32,000 nucleotides of DNA, from positions 150,001 through 182,000 of the forward strand of contig NZ_OZ034981.1 of the NCBI RefSeq assembly GCF_964030875.1, given 5' to 3'. Shown piece after piece: positions 20,173 through 29,260 of this stretch. Position 1 is the stretch's first letter, and every line of letters begins with the position of its first letter. This DNA comes from Candidatus Saccharimonadota bacterium (GTDB lineage: Bacteria; Bacteroidota; Bacteroidia; Flavobacteriales; Blattabacteriaceae). The notes beneath the pieces were generated by a model. That model made no database searches. It saw only the letters and a program-made list of their open reading frames with translations, and was not told where the DNA came from. A program made the position numbers and the translations under genes.

Positions 20173-21432
20173 ATGTTACCAGTATCATTTATACGAGAAA
20201 ACCGGGAAAAAGTCATTGAAGGACTGAAAACACGGAAATTTTATAACATTTATTTAATTGATAGAATATTATCTCTAGATAAGGAAAAAAGAAAAATACA
20301 ATTTAAATATAATGAATATCTGGCAGCTTCCAATAATCTCTCTAAAGAGATCGGTAAACTTTTCACAAATGGTAAAGGGACACAATCACTTCGTTCCCAA
20401 TCTTTAAAATTAAAGTCAGAAATACATGAACTTAATAAAAAACTTTACCAAAAGTCAAAGCTACTAAAGGAAGCTTTGCTTAAAATTCCTAATATTCCTT
20501 ATAAATTAGTTTCTGAAACAAATGATATTCTTTATAATTGTCATTCTTCCCATTTATTAAATAAAAAGAAGCTTTCTCATTGGGAACTTGCTAATAAATT
20601 TCATCTTATCGATTGTCAATTAGGTGCAACCATAAGTCAATCAGGTTTTCCTGTATATATTGGTCAAGGGGCTCGGTTACAACGAGCACTGGTACAATAT
20701 TTTCTTGATCAAAATATTCGTGCAGGTTATATAGAGTACGCTTTACCGTATCTAGTAAATGAATCTTCGGTACAAGGTACTGGACAATTGCCTGATAAAG
20801 AAGAACAAATGTATTATATAACTCGAGACTTTTTGTATCTAATTCCAACTGGAGAGATACCATTAATAAATTGTTTTCGTGATAAAATTTTGCCCGAAAA
20901 TAAATTACCTATTAAAGCTACTACTTATACACCTTGTTTTCGAAGGGAGGCGGGTTCCTATGGAGCTAATGTTCGAGGACTTAATAGATTACATCAATTC
21001 GATAAAGTAGAAATTGTACAGATTTCGACCCCTGATACTTCTTATGATATTTTAGAAGAAATGGTCAAATATGTTCAAGGACTTTTAATGAATTTAAATT
21101 TCCCCTTTCGATTGTTACGATTATGTGGTAGAGATATAGGTTTTACGTCGTCTCTTACGTATGATTTAGAAATATATTCAGATATACAGAAACGTTGGTT
21201 AGAAGTTAGTTCTATATCTAATTGTACTGATTTTCAAACTAATAGACTTAATATACGATATAAAAATAACGTCGGAAAAATCCTGTTTTGCCATGCTCTG
21301 AATGGAAGTGCTTTAGCATTACCAAGAATTTTAGCAGTTCTTTTAGAAGAGAATCAGTATGAAAAAGAAATTCTTATTCCCAATGTCCTCGTTTCCTATA
21401 CGGGATTTGAAAAAATTACTCTTCCTTTTTGA
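20173..21432 (+). CDS. serS: Seryl-tRNA synthetase (419 aa from ATG 20173)
   Basis: MLPVSFIRENREKV start typical of SerS, and class II motifs YTPCFRREAGSYG, GLNRLHQFDKVE, NGSALALPR. The track start at 20089 reads through tRNA-Arg and is rejected. Confidence 0.95.
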   Translation: MLPVSFIRENREKVIEGLKTRKFYNIYLIDRILSLDKEKRKIQFKYNEYLAASNNLSKEIGKLFTNGKGTQSLRSQSLKLKSEIHELNKKLYQKSKLLKEALLKIPNIPYKLVSETNDILYNCHSSHLLNKKKLSHWELANKFHLIDCQLGATISQSGFPVYIGQGARLQRALVQYFLDQNIRAGYIEYALPYLVNESSVQGTGQLPDKEEQMYYITRDFLYLIPTGEIPLINCFRDKILPENKLPIKATTYTPCFRREAGSYGANVRGLNRLHQFDKVEIVQISTPDTSYDILEEMVKYVQGLLMNLNFPFRLLRLCGRDIGFTSSLTYDLEIYSDIQKRWLEVSSISNCTDFQTNRLNIRYKNNVGKILFCHALNGSALALPRILAVLLEENQYEKEILIPNVLVSYTGFEKITLPF

Positions 21433-21438
21433 GGTTTT

Positions 21439-22365
21439 ATGAAAGTCACGGAATACATCGAACGTGCTAAAAACACATTATTATCTTTCGAGCTTCTTCC
21501 ACCTTTAAAAGGAAGAAGTATTTTAGATGTTTTTGATGTGCTTGATCCTCTGATGGAATTTAATCCTCCTTTTATAAATGTTACTTATCATCGTGATGAA
21601 TATGGAATAAAGAAAAAATTTTCTAGAAGACCAGGTACCATGGCTATATGTGCAGCTATTATGAATAAGTACGGAGTAGATACCGTTCCCCATATGCTTT
21701 GTGGAGGATTTAACAAAAAAATGACCGAAAAGATTTTAATAGATCTATGGTTCTCAGGCATCAGAAATATTTTCGTGCTTAGAGGAGATCCGATGAATTT
21801 TGAAAAAAAAAATGTACCGGAACATAATGTACATAACCATTCGGTTGATTTGGTCAAACAAATATACGACCTAAATCAGGGAATATATCTAGATAAAAAC
21901 TTTATAGGTGTACATCCCACAGATTTCTGTATAGGTGTAACTGGTTATCCAGAAAAACATTTTGAATCTCCTAATCTTAATGAAGATATTTTTCATCTAA
22001 GGAAAAAGATTACATCTGGAGCAGACTATATTATTACACAAATGTTTTTTGATAATACAAAATATTTTAATTTCGTATATCGTTGTAGGTTGGAAGGATT
22101 AACTGTACCTATTATTCCTGGAATAAAGCCCATTTCTTCCAAATACCAACTTTGGAATATTCCTGCTAATTTTTATATCAATCTACCTCATGAACTTGTT
22201 CGTGAAGTGCAACGGGCTAAGAATAATAAATATGTATCTCGTATAGGCATAGAATGGGCTATTCAACAATCCATAGAACTAAAAAAATCCGGTATACCTG
22301 TGATACACTATTATACTATGAGTAACCCTCATAACGTTTCTGAAATAGTGAAAAATATTTGTTAA
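21439..22365 (+). CDS. metF: 5,10-methylenetetrahydrofolate reductase
   Basis: LSFELLPPLKG, INVTYH, VPHMLCGG, VLRGDP, ADYIITQMFFD. Confidence 0.9.
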   Translation: MKVTEYIERAKNTLLSFELLPPLKGRSILDVFDVLDPLMEFNPPFINVTYHRDEYGIKKKFSRRPGTMAICAAIMNKYGVDTVPHMLCGGFNKKMTEKILIDLWFSGIRNIFVLRGDPMNFEKKNVPEHNVHNHSVDLVKQIYDLNQGIYLDKNFIGVHPTDFCIGVTGYPEKHFESPNLNEDIFHLRKKITSGADYIITQMFFDNTKYFNFVYRCRLEGLTVPIIPGIKPISSKYQLWNIPANFYINLPHELVREVQRAKNNKYVSRIGIEWAIQQSIELKKSGIPVIHYYTMSNPHNVSEIVKNIC

Positions 22366-22415
22366 TAACATACTATCCAGAAATGTTCTGGATAATAATT
22401 GACCTATAAAGTCTT

Positions 22416-22970
22416 ATGGAAGAGGTTCAAAAAATTCTTTCTCTTAGTCATAAAGAAATGGAAAAATCTCTAGAACATATTAAAAAATCTTTTTACAAGA
22501 TCCGTACTGGAAAAGCTCATCCAAATCTGCTTGACACAATAAAAGTAGAATATTACGGAGTTATTACTGCATTAAATAAAATAGCCAACATTAGTATCAT
22601 AGATTCTACAACTTTAAGTATTTATCCTTGGGAACGTAGTCTATTGTCTTCTATAGAGAGAGCTATAATTAATGCTAATATAGGATTTACCCCAATGAAT
22701 AATGGAGAAGCTATTATTATTCATTTACCACCTATGACGGAAGAACGTAGAAAAGAATTAGTGAAAATAGCTAAGGAAGAAGCAGAATTAGGAAAAGTAA
22801 GTATTCGAAATGTCAGAAAAGAAACTAACCATCTTTTAAAGAAAAACAAAAATATTTCTGAAGATTTGTTAGAACTTTCTGAAGAGAAAGTGCAAAAAAT
22901 TACCAATACTTATATTCATCAAATAGATGAACTTCTTGCTGTCAAAGCAAAAGAAATTATGACGATATAA
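22416..22970 (+). CDS. frr: Ribosome recycling factor
   Basis: 184 aa. RTGKAHPNLLDTIKVEYYG, IHLPPMTEERRKELVK, SIRNVRKE. Confidence 0.95.
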   Translation: MEEVQKILSLSHKEMEKSLEHIKKSFYKIRTGKAHPNLLDTIKVEYYGVITALNKIANISIIDSTTLSIYPWERSLLSSIERAIINANIGFTPMNNGEAIIIHLPPMTEERRKELVKIAKEEAELGKVSIRNVRKETNHLLKKNKNISEDLLELSEEKVQKITNTYIHQIDELLAVKAKEIMTI

Positions 22971-22977
22971 TCCTTTA

Positions 22978-24375
22978 ATGAAAGTCTTTTCTATTAAAGA
23001 GTTACTGTCTGAAAGTACATCTCTTCTGACAAAAGAAGTTTTTGTCAATGGTTGGGTCAAATCTTTTAGAAGTAGACGTTTTATTGATTTGAATGATGGT
23101 TCGACTATAAAAGATTTACAAATAGTAATAGAAGGGTCAAAATTTTCTGAAGATTTTCTAAAAAAAATTACTATAGGCATTGCTTTACGAGTTTTTGGAA
23201 CTATTGTAATAAGTTTAGGAAAAAAACAATCTATTGAAATTCTGGCTAAAGAAATTAAAATATATAGCGAAATATACCATAATGACTTCCGAGGAACTAT
23301 TTTACAACCCAAACATCATAGCTTAGAAAAGCTTCGAGAACAAGCTCATCTTCGTTTTAGGACACGATTGTTTAGTGCTATTATGAGGATTAGACATCAA
23401 TTGGCTTTTTCTATACATAATTTTTTTCATCAACATAATTTCTATTATATACATACTCCCATTATTACGACTTCGGACGCTGAAGGCGCTGGTCAAATGT
23501 TCAGAATTACTTCTTTTAAACTGGAAAATATTACGAATCATGTAGATGATTTCTTTGGGTGTTCTACATATCTGACCGTATCTGGACAACTTGCAGGAGA
23601 AACTGCTGCTATGGCTTTAGGAAAGATTTATACGTTCGGACCGACTTTTCGTGCAGAAAATTCCAATACTTCACGACATCTATCCGAATTTTGGATGGTA
23701 GAACCTGAAATGGCCTTCTATGAATTAGAAGACAATATGGATTTAGCCGAAACTCTTCTCAAGAGTCTCCTAAATGATGTTTTAAATAATTGCGTTGAAG
23801 ATTTAGATTTTCTTAATTGGTATTTTATTAAAAAAAAATTTTACGGACAAAATATTGTCGAAATTTTATACTTTATAAAGCAACACTCTTTTGCTAGGGT
23901 TAGTTACAGCGAAGCTATTGAGATTTTATTATCTAGTAATAAGAAAGGTCAATTTAAATATTCACCCCAATGGGGAATGGATTTACAATCAGAACATGAA
24001 CGATTTTTGGTCGAAAAATATTTTTGTGTTCCGGTTATTATATTTGATTATCCAGCAGACATTAAGGCTTTTTATATGCGAATAAATGATGATAGTAAGA
24101 CCGTTAGAGCCATGGATGTACTCTTTCCTAGAATAGGAGAAATTATAGGAGGGTCTCAACGTGAAGAGAGATATGATATTTTATTAAATCGTCTTAAAGC
24201 ATTTAATATCGATGAAAAAGTCCTTTGGTGGTATTTAGACACCCGTCGATTCGGTTCAGCTCCGCATAGTGGGTTCGGTTTAGGTTTGGAACGTCTTGTG
24301 CAATTTACTACAGGTATGAGCAATATTAGAGATGTCATTCCTTATCCTAGAACTCCTAAACATGCAGATTTTTAG
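22978..24375 (+). CDS. asnS: Asparaginyl-tRNA synthetase
   Basis: Class IIb motifs FGPTFRAENSNTSRHLSEFWMVEPE, GGSQREER, HSGFGLGLERL. Confidence 0.95.
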   Translation: MKVFSIKELLSESTSLLTKEVFVNGWVKSFRSRRFIDLNDGSTIKDLQIVIEGSKFSEDFLKKITIGIALRVFGTIVISLGKKQSIEILAKEIKIYSEIYHNDFRGTILQPKHHSLEKLREQAHLRFRTRLFSAIMRIRHQLAFSIHNFFHQHNFYYIHTPIITTSDAEGAGQMFRITSFKLENITNHVDDFFGCSTYLTVSGQLAGETAAMALGKIYTFGPTFRAENSNTSRHLSEFWMVEPEMAFYELEDNMDLAETLLKSLLNDVLNNCVEDLDFLNWYFIKKKFYGQNIVEILYFIKQHSFARVSYSEAIEILLSSNKKGQFKYSPQWGMDLQSEHERFLVEKYFCVPVIIFDYPADIKAFYMRINDDSKTVRAMDVLFPRIGEIIGGSQREERYDILLNRLKAFNIDEKVLWWYLDTRRFGSAPHSGFGLGLERLVQFTTGMSNIRDVIPYPRTPKHADF

Positions 24376-24378
24376 AAA

Positions 24379-25827
24379 ATGTTTAAACAAAACTTGCAGC
24401 AGAAAGTTCAACAAAAACTTTCGCCGAAACAGATTCAATTCATGAAACTTGTACAGCTTCCTGTTTTAGCTTTCGAAGAGAGACTTCACCAAGAAATTGA
24501 AGAAAATCCTGTATTAGAATCTTGTAGAAATGAAGAAGGTGAACATTCTGATGAATTCTCCTCTTTGGAAGAAGAGGAAGATGCTAAAATTATAGATGTC
24601 TCTGATGTAAATATTGATGCATATCTCAGTGATGATGATCTTCCAGATTATAGAACCCTAAGTTATTATGATAAAATTATCTCCTTTTCTACGGGAACTA
24701 TGAATAGTTTTTATGACCATCTTAAACAGCAGTTACATGTTTTTAAATTGAGTGATAAAGATGTTATTATAGTAGATTTTATTTTAGGAAACTTGGATGA
24801 AGATGGTTATTTACGTAGAAAACCTGAGGATTTATCCGATGATATCACCTGGACAACAGGAATAAAAGTGGATAAAGAAAAAGTAAACAATTTACTTGGA
24901 AATTGCGTTAAAAAATTATATCCTTTAGGAATAGGTGCAAAAGATCTTAAGGAGTGTCTTTTAATTCAAATACAAAAGAAACCTTCAAGTCCATCAATTG
25001 ATTTAGCAACAAATATTCTACTACTGGATTTTGAGTCTTTTTCTAAAAAACATTATGAAAAGTTGCAGGAACGTTATCATGTAACATATGAAATGCTTCG
25101 AAAAGCTCTTTCTCATATAGAACGTTTAGATCCAAAGCCTGGTAAAACATATGCGAACTTGCAGTATGCTACAACACATATAGTTCCTGATTTTTTACTT
25201 AATATTGTAAATGGTGAATTAGAAATTTCTTTAACTAAACCTAGTTCATTAGAACTTAGAATATCGCCTTCATATGTAGAGATGTTTCGTTCATATCAGC
25301 AAGGTCATAAGTCTTTTTATCATCCCGTCCGTTTTATTAAACAAAAACTTGATGCAGCAAAATGGTTTCTCGATGCGGTTAAACATAGAGAACAAACTTT
25401 GTTATTAACAATGAATGCTATTATTGATTATCAAAAGGAATATTTTCTGAGTGGGGACAAGAAAAAAATTCGTCCAATGGTATTGAAAGATATCGCTATC
25501 CACATAAACATGGATATTTCCACTATATCGCGAGTGGTAAATAGTAAATATCTTGAAACCCCTTATGGTCTCTTTCTTCTAAAATATTTTTTTTCTGACA
25601 AAATGATTAATCAAAAGGGAGAAGAAATTTCAACCATTGAGATAAGAAATATACTATACAATTTTATTACTCAAGAGAATAAAAAATTACCTTTTACCGA
25701 TGAAAAATTAACTACTTTACTTAGAGAAAAAGGCTATCATATAGCTCGGAGGACTGTATCAAAATATAGAGAGCAGCTTAATATTCCTGTAGCACGATTG
25801 CGAAAATTTGTTTTATGTCACCATTGA
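24379..25827 (+). CDS. rpoN: RNA polymerase sigma-54 factor
   Basis: Region I LQQKLSPKQIQFMKLVQLPVLAFEERL, acidic region II, RLDPKPG, HTH ISTISRV, and RpoN box ARRTVSKYREQLNIP. Confidence 0.95.
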   Translation: MFKQNLQQKVQQKLSPKQIQFMKLVQLPVLAFEERLHQEIEENPVLESCRNEEGEHSDEFSSLEEEEDAKIIDVSDVNIDAYLSDDDLPDYRTLSYYDKIISFSTGTMNSFYDHLKQQLHVFKLSDKDVIIVDFILGNLDEDGYLRRKPEDLSDDITWTTGIKVDKEKVNNLLGNCVKKLYPLGIGAKDLKECLLIQIQKKPSSPSIDLATNILLLDFESFSKKHYEKLQERYHVTYEMLRKALSHIERLDPKPGKTYANLQYATTHIVPDFLLNIVNGELEISLTKPSSLELRISPSYVEMFRSYQQGHKSFYHPVRFIKQKLDAAKWFLDAVKHREQTLLLTMNAIIDYQKEYFLSGDKKKIRPMVLKDIAIHINMDISTISRVVNSKYLETPYGLFLLKYFFSDKMINQKGEEISTIEIRNILYNFITQENKKLPFTDEKLTTLLREKGYHIARRTVSKYREQLNIPVARLRKFVLCHH

Positions 25828-26048
25828 ATATGACTCCTTTATACTATGTGGACATTGAGTAGACCAACGTGTCCTAGATCATCTTATTACACATCTCCAT
25901 TCCCTCAGGGAGAACTTACTGCAGCTGTAGATGCTTGTACCTTATAATTTATGATTGGCGTTATGAGCAATTTCTACAACGTACTAAGATAGAAAAATAA
26001 AATTTGAACTAATTTTGTACTAAAAAATTATTATATTTACAATTGTAT

Positions 26049-26121
26049 TGCGGGGTGGAGCAGTTGGTAGCTCGTCGGGCTCATAATCCGAAGGTCACAG
26101 GTTCGAATCCTGTCCCCGCTA
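26049..26121 (+). tRNA. Initiator tRNA-fMet (anticodon CAU)
   Basis: tgcggggtggagcagttggtagctcgtcgggctcataatccgaaggtcacaggttcgaatcctgtccccgcta is near-colinear with E. coli tRNA-fMet. Positions 1:72 are unpaired (U:U), and the anticodon stem carries the GGG run (tcggg/tccga). A lysidine-modified tRNA-Ile2 is a less likely alternative. Confidence 0.8.
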
Positions 26122-26155
26122 CTATTGAAATCATTCGTACTCTTCCGTCAAACTG

Positions 26156-26239
26156 TGCCCAAAGCGGGAGTCGAACCCGCACAATATTTCTACTACTGGA
26201 TTTTGAGTCCAGCGCGTCTACCCATTCCGCCATTTGGGC
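26156..26239 (-). tRNA. tRNA-Leu (anticodon CAA), type II
   Basis: Minus strand reads gcccaaatggcggaatgggtagacgcgctggactcaaaatccagtagtagaaatattgtgcgggttcgactcccgctttgggca. Acceptor gcccaaa/tttgggc is perfect, the anticodon loop is ctcaaaa, and the variable arm resembles E. coli leuX. Confidence 0.9.
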
Positions 26240-26346
26240 GTCCCCGTAAATATATATAATATATTGGGTTTTTTATCCATTCTCCGATACGGAAATTAAC
26301 ATAAGGATTAGTATTCTTACTGTTGTGAATTATAAAAAGAGTCTCT

Positions 26347-27849
26347 ATGAAAAAGATGAGAGTTCGTTTTGCTCCAAGTCCGACAGGACCATTGCATTTA
26401 GGTAGTCTCAGGACAGCTCTTTACAATTATTTATTAGCAAAAAAACATCAAGGTGATTTTATTCTTAGAATAGAAGATACTGATCAGGATAGAATTGTTC
26501 CAGGATCTGAAGATTATATAATAGAAGCGTTGAATTGGTGTGGATTGACTCCTAATGAAAGTCCCTATAATTTTGGAAATTATGGCCCTTATCGTCAATC
26601 AGAACGTAAGCCACTATATGATGTTTATATTCGTCAACTTATCGATAAGGGACATGCTTATTATGCTTTTGACGCTCTAGAAAGAATAAATACTTTGAGG
26701 GAAAAAAGAAAAAATAAAGGAGAAGTCTTTTCTTATAATGAAAAAACTAGACTCCAAATGGATAATTCATTGTCTATGACTTCTCAAGAACTATCCCATA
26801 GGTTACAACAGGGACAACCGTATGTTATACGGTTCAAAACAAACACTATAAATGAATGTTTCATACTTCATGATGAAGTAAGAGGAAAACTTCAGATTAA
26901 TACTAAGACCTTGGAGGATAAAATTCTAGTAAAATCTGATGGAATGCCTACCTATCATTTAGCCAATGTTATAGATGATCATCTGATGAAAATAACGCAT
27001 GTAATTCGTGGAGAAGAATGGTTATCTTCATTACCTCTTCATATACTATTGTATAAAGCACTAGGTTGGGAAATCCCTTGTTTTGCGCATTTACCTCTCA
27101 TTTTTAAACCTGAAGGAAAGGGCAAACTTAGTAAAAGAGATGGTGAACGTATAGGATTCCCAGTTTTCCCTTTATCTTGGAAAGATCGTTTAGGATGTAG
27201 AGAAAAGGGGTATTTTCCTGAAGCATTTATTAATATCATTGCCCTTTTGGGTTGGAATCCTGGCGGAGAACAAGAAATCTTTTCGTTATCTGAGTTAATC
27301 GATAAATTTTCTTTACAAAGAGTTAGTAAATCTGGAGCACGTTTTGATAAAGAAAAAGCTAAATGGATTAATCAACAATACTTACGTAAGAAACCTATTG
27401 AAGAACTTATTTCATTATTTCATAAAGAACTTGAAAAGCATCAAATTATTTCTACAGATGAATACCTTAGAAAAATTATTGAAGCTGTAAAAGAAAGAGC
27501 TAATTTTATTAGTGAAATATGGGACCATTCTTATTATTTTTTTGAATCTACGAATCAATATGATGTTAAGTCTATAAAAAAGGTAGAACCGATGAAGAAT
27601 ATTTTTCTTTTAAAGAAAATAACACAACCACTTTCAAAGTTGCATCATTTTGATGCATCTACACTTAAAAAAACTTTTGAAGATTTGATCCAAAAAAAAC
27701 AATTGTGTTTTAGTAAAATGATGCTGCAGATGCGTTTAGCATTAGTAGGAACCCTACAAGGTACAGATATATTTTTTATCATGGAAATGATTGGAAAGGA
27801 AGAAACTCTAAAAAGAGTGTACCGTTTCATGTTTTTTTTAATACAATAG
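26347..27849 (+). CDS. gltX: Glutamyl-tRNA synthetase
   Basis: RVRFAPSPTGPLHLGSLRTAL (HIGH region), ILRIEDTDQDR, THVIRGEEW, KLSKRDG (KMSKS). Confidence 0.95.
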   Translation: MKKMRVRFAPSPTGPLHLGSLRTALYNYLLAKKHQGDFILRIEDTDQDRIVPGSEDYIIEALNWCGLTPNESPYNFGNYGPYRQSERKPLYDVYIRQLIDKGHAYYAFDALERINTLREKRKNKGEVFSYNEKTRLQMDNSLSMTSQELSHRLQQGQPYVIRFKTNTINECFILHDEVRGKLQINTKTLEDKILVKSDGMPTYHLANVIDDHLMKITHVIRGEEWLSSLPLHILLYKALGWEIPCFAHLPLIFKPEGKGKLSKRDGERIGFPVFPLSWKDRLGCREKGYFPEAFINIIALLGWNPGGEQEIFSLSELIDKFSLQRVSKSGARFDKEKAKWINQQYLRKKPIEELISLFHKELEKHQIISTDEYLRKIIEAVKERANFISEIWDHSYYFFESTNQYDVKSIKKVEPMKNIFLLKKITQPLSKLHHFDASTLKKTFEDLIQKKQLCFSKMMLQMRLALVGTLQGTDIFFIMEMIGKEETLKRVYRFMFFLIQ

Positions 27850-27851
27850 AA

Positions 27852-28270
27852 ACATTATGTCCACATAACATACTGACGTTTATGTTATGGATCGGCTATA
27901 GCAGATGACCAGTCATAGATAATTAATATATCGAGTTGAAGTTCCGTGCGTTATTAGACCTCTATACCTCTGCAGTAAGGTATAGGTGCAGTTACCCTAT
28001 TCTCCATATATATTTGCATTTCTGTATTTAGCGTGTTTGATCCGGCACCTTCTCCTAGAACAAATCCGTCTAGGAATTCTTTCTTGTAGAAAGAGCATTA
28101 AAACCACTTTTGGCCGCTTATGATCCACCAGTTAAAACTGACGATATCTCAATGAGTCCAGCAGTAGTATCAATAATCATTAAAGGATTTCCACTATCAC
28201 GAACAGCTTCATCAGCACTTCTTATTCCGTAACAAGGATCAATCTTAGTTTTAGTGTTGTGAGTAATAGC
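27852..28270 (-). pseudogene. fabF: Heavily deleted 3-oxoacyl-ACP synthase II gene
   Basis: Lies directly downstream of acpP, the canonical acpP-fabF order. Minus-strand translation gives ITHNTKTKIDP...IRSADEAVRDSGN...IIDTTAGL...GGS* (~28260-28110), DGFVLGEGAGS...TAPIPY (~28060-27965), LITHGTSTRYIN and MTGHLL* (~27955-27890). These are all KAS II landmarks (ITHFD, DGFV.GEGAG, NAHGTSTP.ND, SMTGHLLGAAG) in the right order, in different frames, compressed into ~420 bp versus ~1.25 kb. Confidence 0.8.
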
Positions 28271-28272
28271 CC

Positions 28273-28515
28273 TTATCTTGTAGCAAGATGTATATAATCT
28301 ATAGCATTCTGTATGGTAAATATATTTTCTGCGTCCTCATCTTGTATTGAAATGTTAAATTCTTTTTCAAATTCCATAATAAGTTCTACATTGTCTAAAG
28401 AATCCGCACCGAGATCTTTAATAAAATTTGCATTAGGCTGGATTTCATTCTCATTTATAGCTAACTTGTCTATAATTATTTTTTTTACTTTTTCTTGAAT
28501 CTCTTCTTTAAGCAT
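28273..28515 (-). CDS. acpP: Acyl carrier protein
   Basis: 80 aa with the phosphopantetheine-site motif [20 protein letters not shown]. Confidence 0.95.
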   Translation of the reverse strand: MLKEEIQEKVKKIIIDKLAINENEIQPNANFIKDLGADSLDNVELIMEFEKEFNISIQDEDAENIFTIQNAIDYIHLATR

Positions 28516-29260
28516 ATTGTTAAGGTTTGCTTACTACACTATTTTTTTTTCCCTGAAGTAATCCTCTTTTTATGGTCATAATTATATGAAGGAGCATGTA
28601 CACTTGATATTTTGTTACTGCATTTTTTCTACCAAGTAAAAAACTTGTTGGATAGTTCATTAAAGGCAACTTCAGGATCTCCAACTAGTTGAATACTGAA
28701 ATGGTATCTTTAATGTCTACTAATTAAAATTGTTCTGCTACGCGAAAACGTTGCACTTTGTTTATCAACTTCGCTTAGTTCATCCATACCTAATAATGTC
28801 TTGAAGTTATTTGGAATATTTTTTTAACTAGTTGTGCACAAGATTCTAAAGGATCTACTAAGTACTGTAGTCGCATAGAAAAATGGAACATATACAGCTT
28901 GTACTAACCATTTTTACACGAGGTATATACTGCCGCTTAAGGGAATCGGACGTTACCACTGTAACGATAATATAAAGACGTAAAGGGTCTAGCTACTGTA
29001 GGTTCATCAAACTGCCTTTTAAGAGCTTCTCTATCAACTTTGGAAAGACCTGTCGGTACGTAATAATTTCTCGAAGCAAATCATTACGTCTGCTCGCCAA
29101 CTACAGCAAAGACCGATAAGCTTGTTGCTATATTAGTTACTGAATTATAACAGTTTTTCCTACCTTTTATAAAACTTGGGAGAAGATCGATTATAAAACT
29201 TGGGAGAAGATCGATGATTATCCTCTACGTTAATTTATAGGACCTCTTATTTGTACTTGA
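28516..29260 (-). pseudogene. Unassigned decayed coding remnant between leuB and acpP
   Basis: 745 bp with no ORF of 60 codons or more on either strand, in a genome where intergenic gaps are otherwise 2-200 bp. Base composition is gene-like rather than spacer-like. Minus-strand fragments such as RIIIDLLPSFIKGRKN, SVFAVVGEQT**, YYVPTGLSKVDREALKRQFDEPTVARPF and GMDELSEVDKQSATF read like protein, but I cannot place them in a family. Strand and identity are uncertain. Confidence 0.35.
29167..29214. repeat. 24-bp perfect tandem duplication (ttataaaacttgggagaagatcga x2)
   Basis: Read directly at 29167-29190 and 29191-29214. On the minus strand it duplicates the peptide IDLLPSFI. Confidence 0.95.

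Noticed and set aside
22869-23312. 147-aa minus-strand ORF and many other 60-115-aa antisense ORFs (e.g. 1790..1999, 4388..4618, 9505..9819, 11212..11418, 20606..20863, 21588..21857, 23323..23589, 31611..31886)
   Set aside because: All lie antisense within well-supported conserved genes, have low-complexity or hydrophobic AT-driven composition and carry no recognisable motifs. They are shadow ORFs.
27864-27889. 9-bp inverted repeat (cataacata ... tatgttatg, 8-nt loop) just after the gltX stop, as a possible terminator
   Set aside because: The stem is AT-only with no following T-run, and it lies within sequence that still reads as fabF remnant (MTGHLL*...). I cannot support a terminator call.
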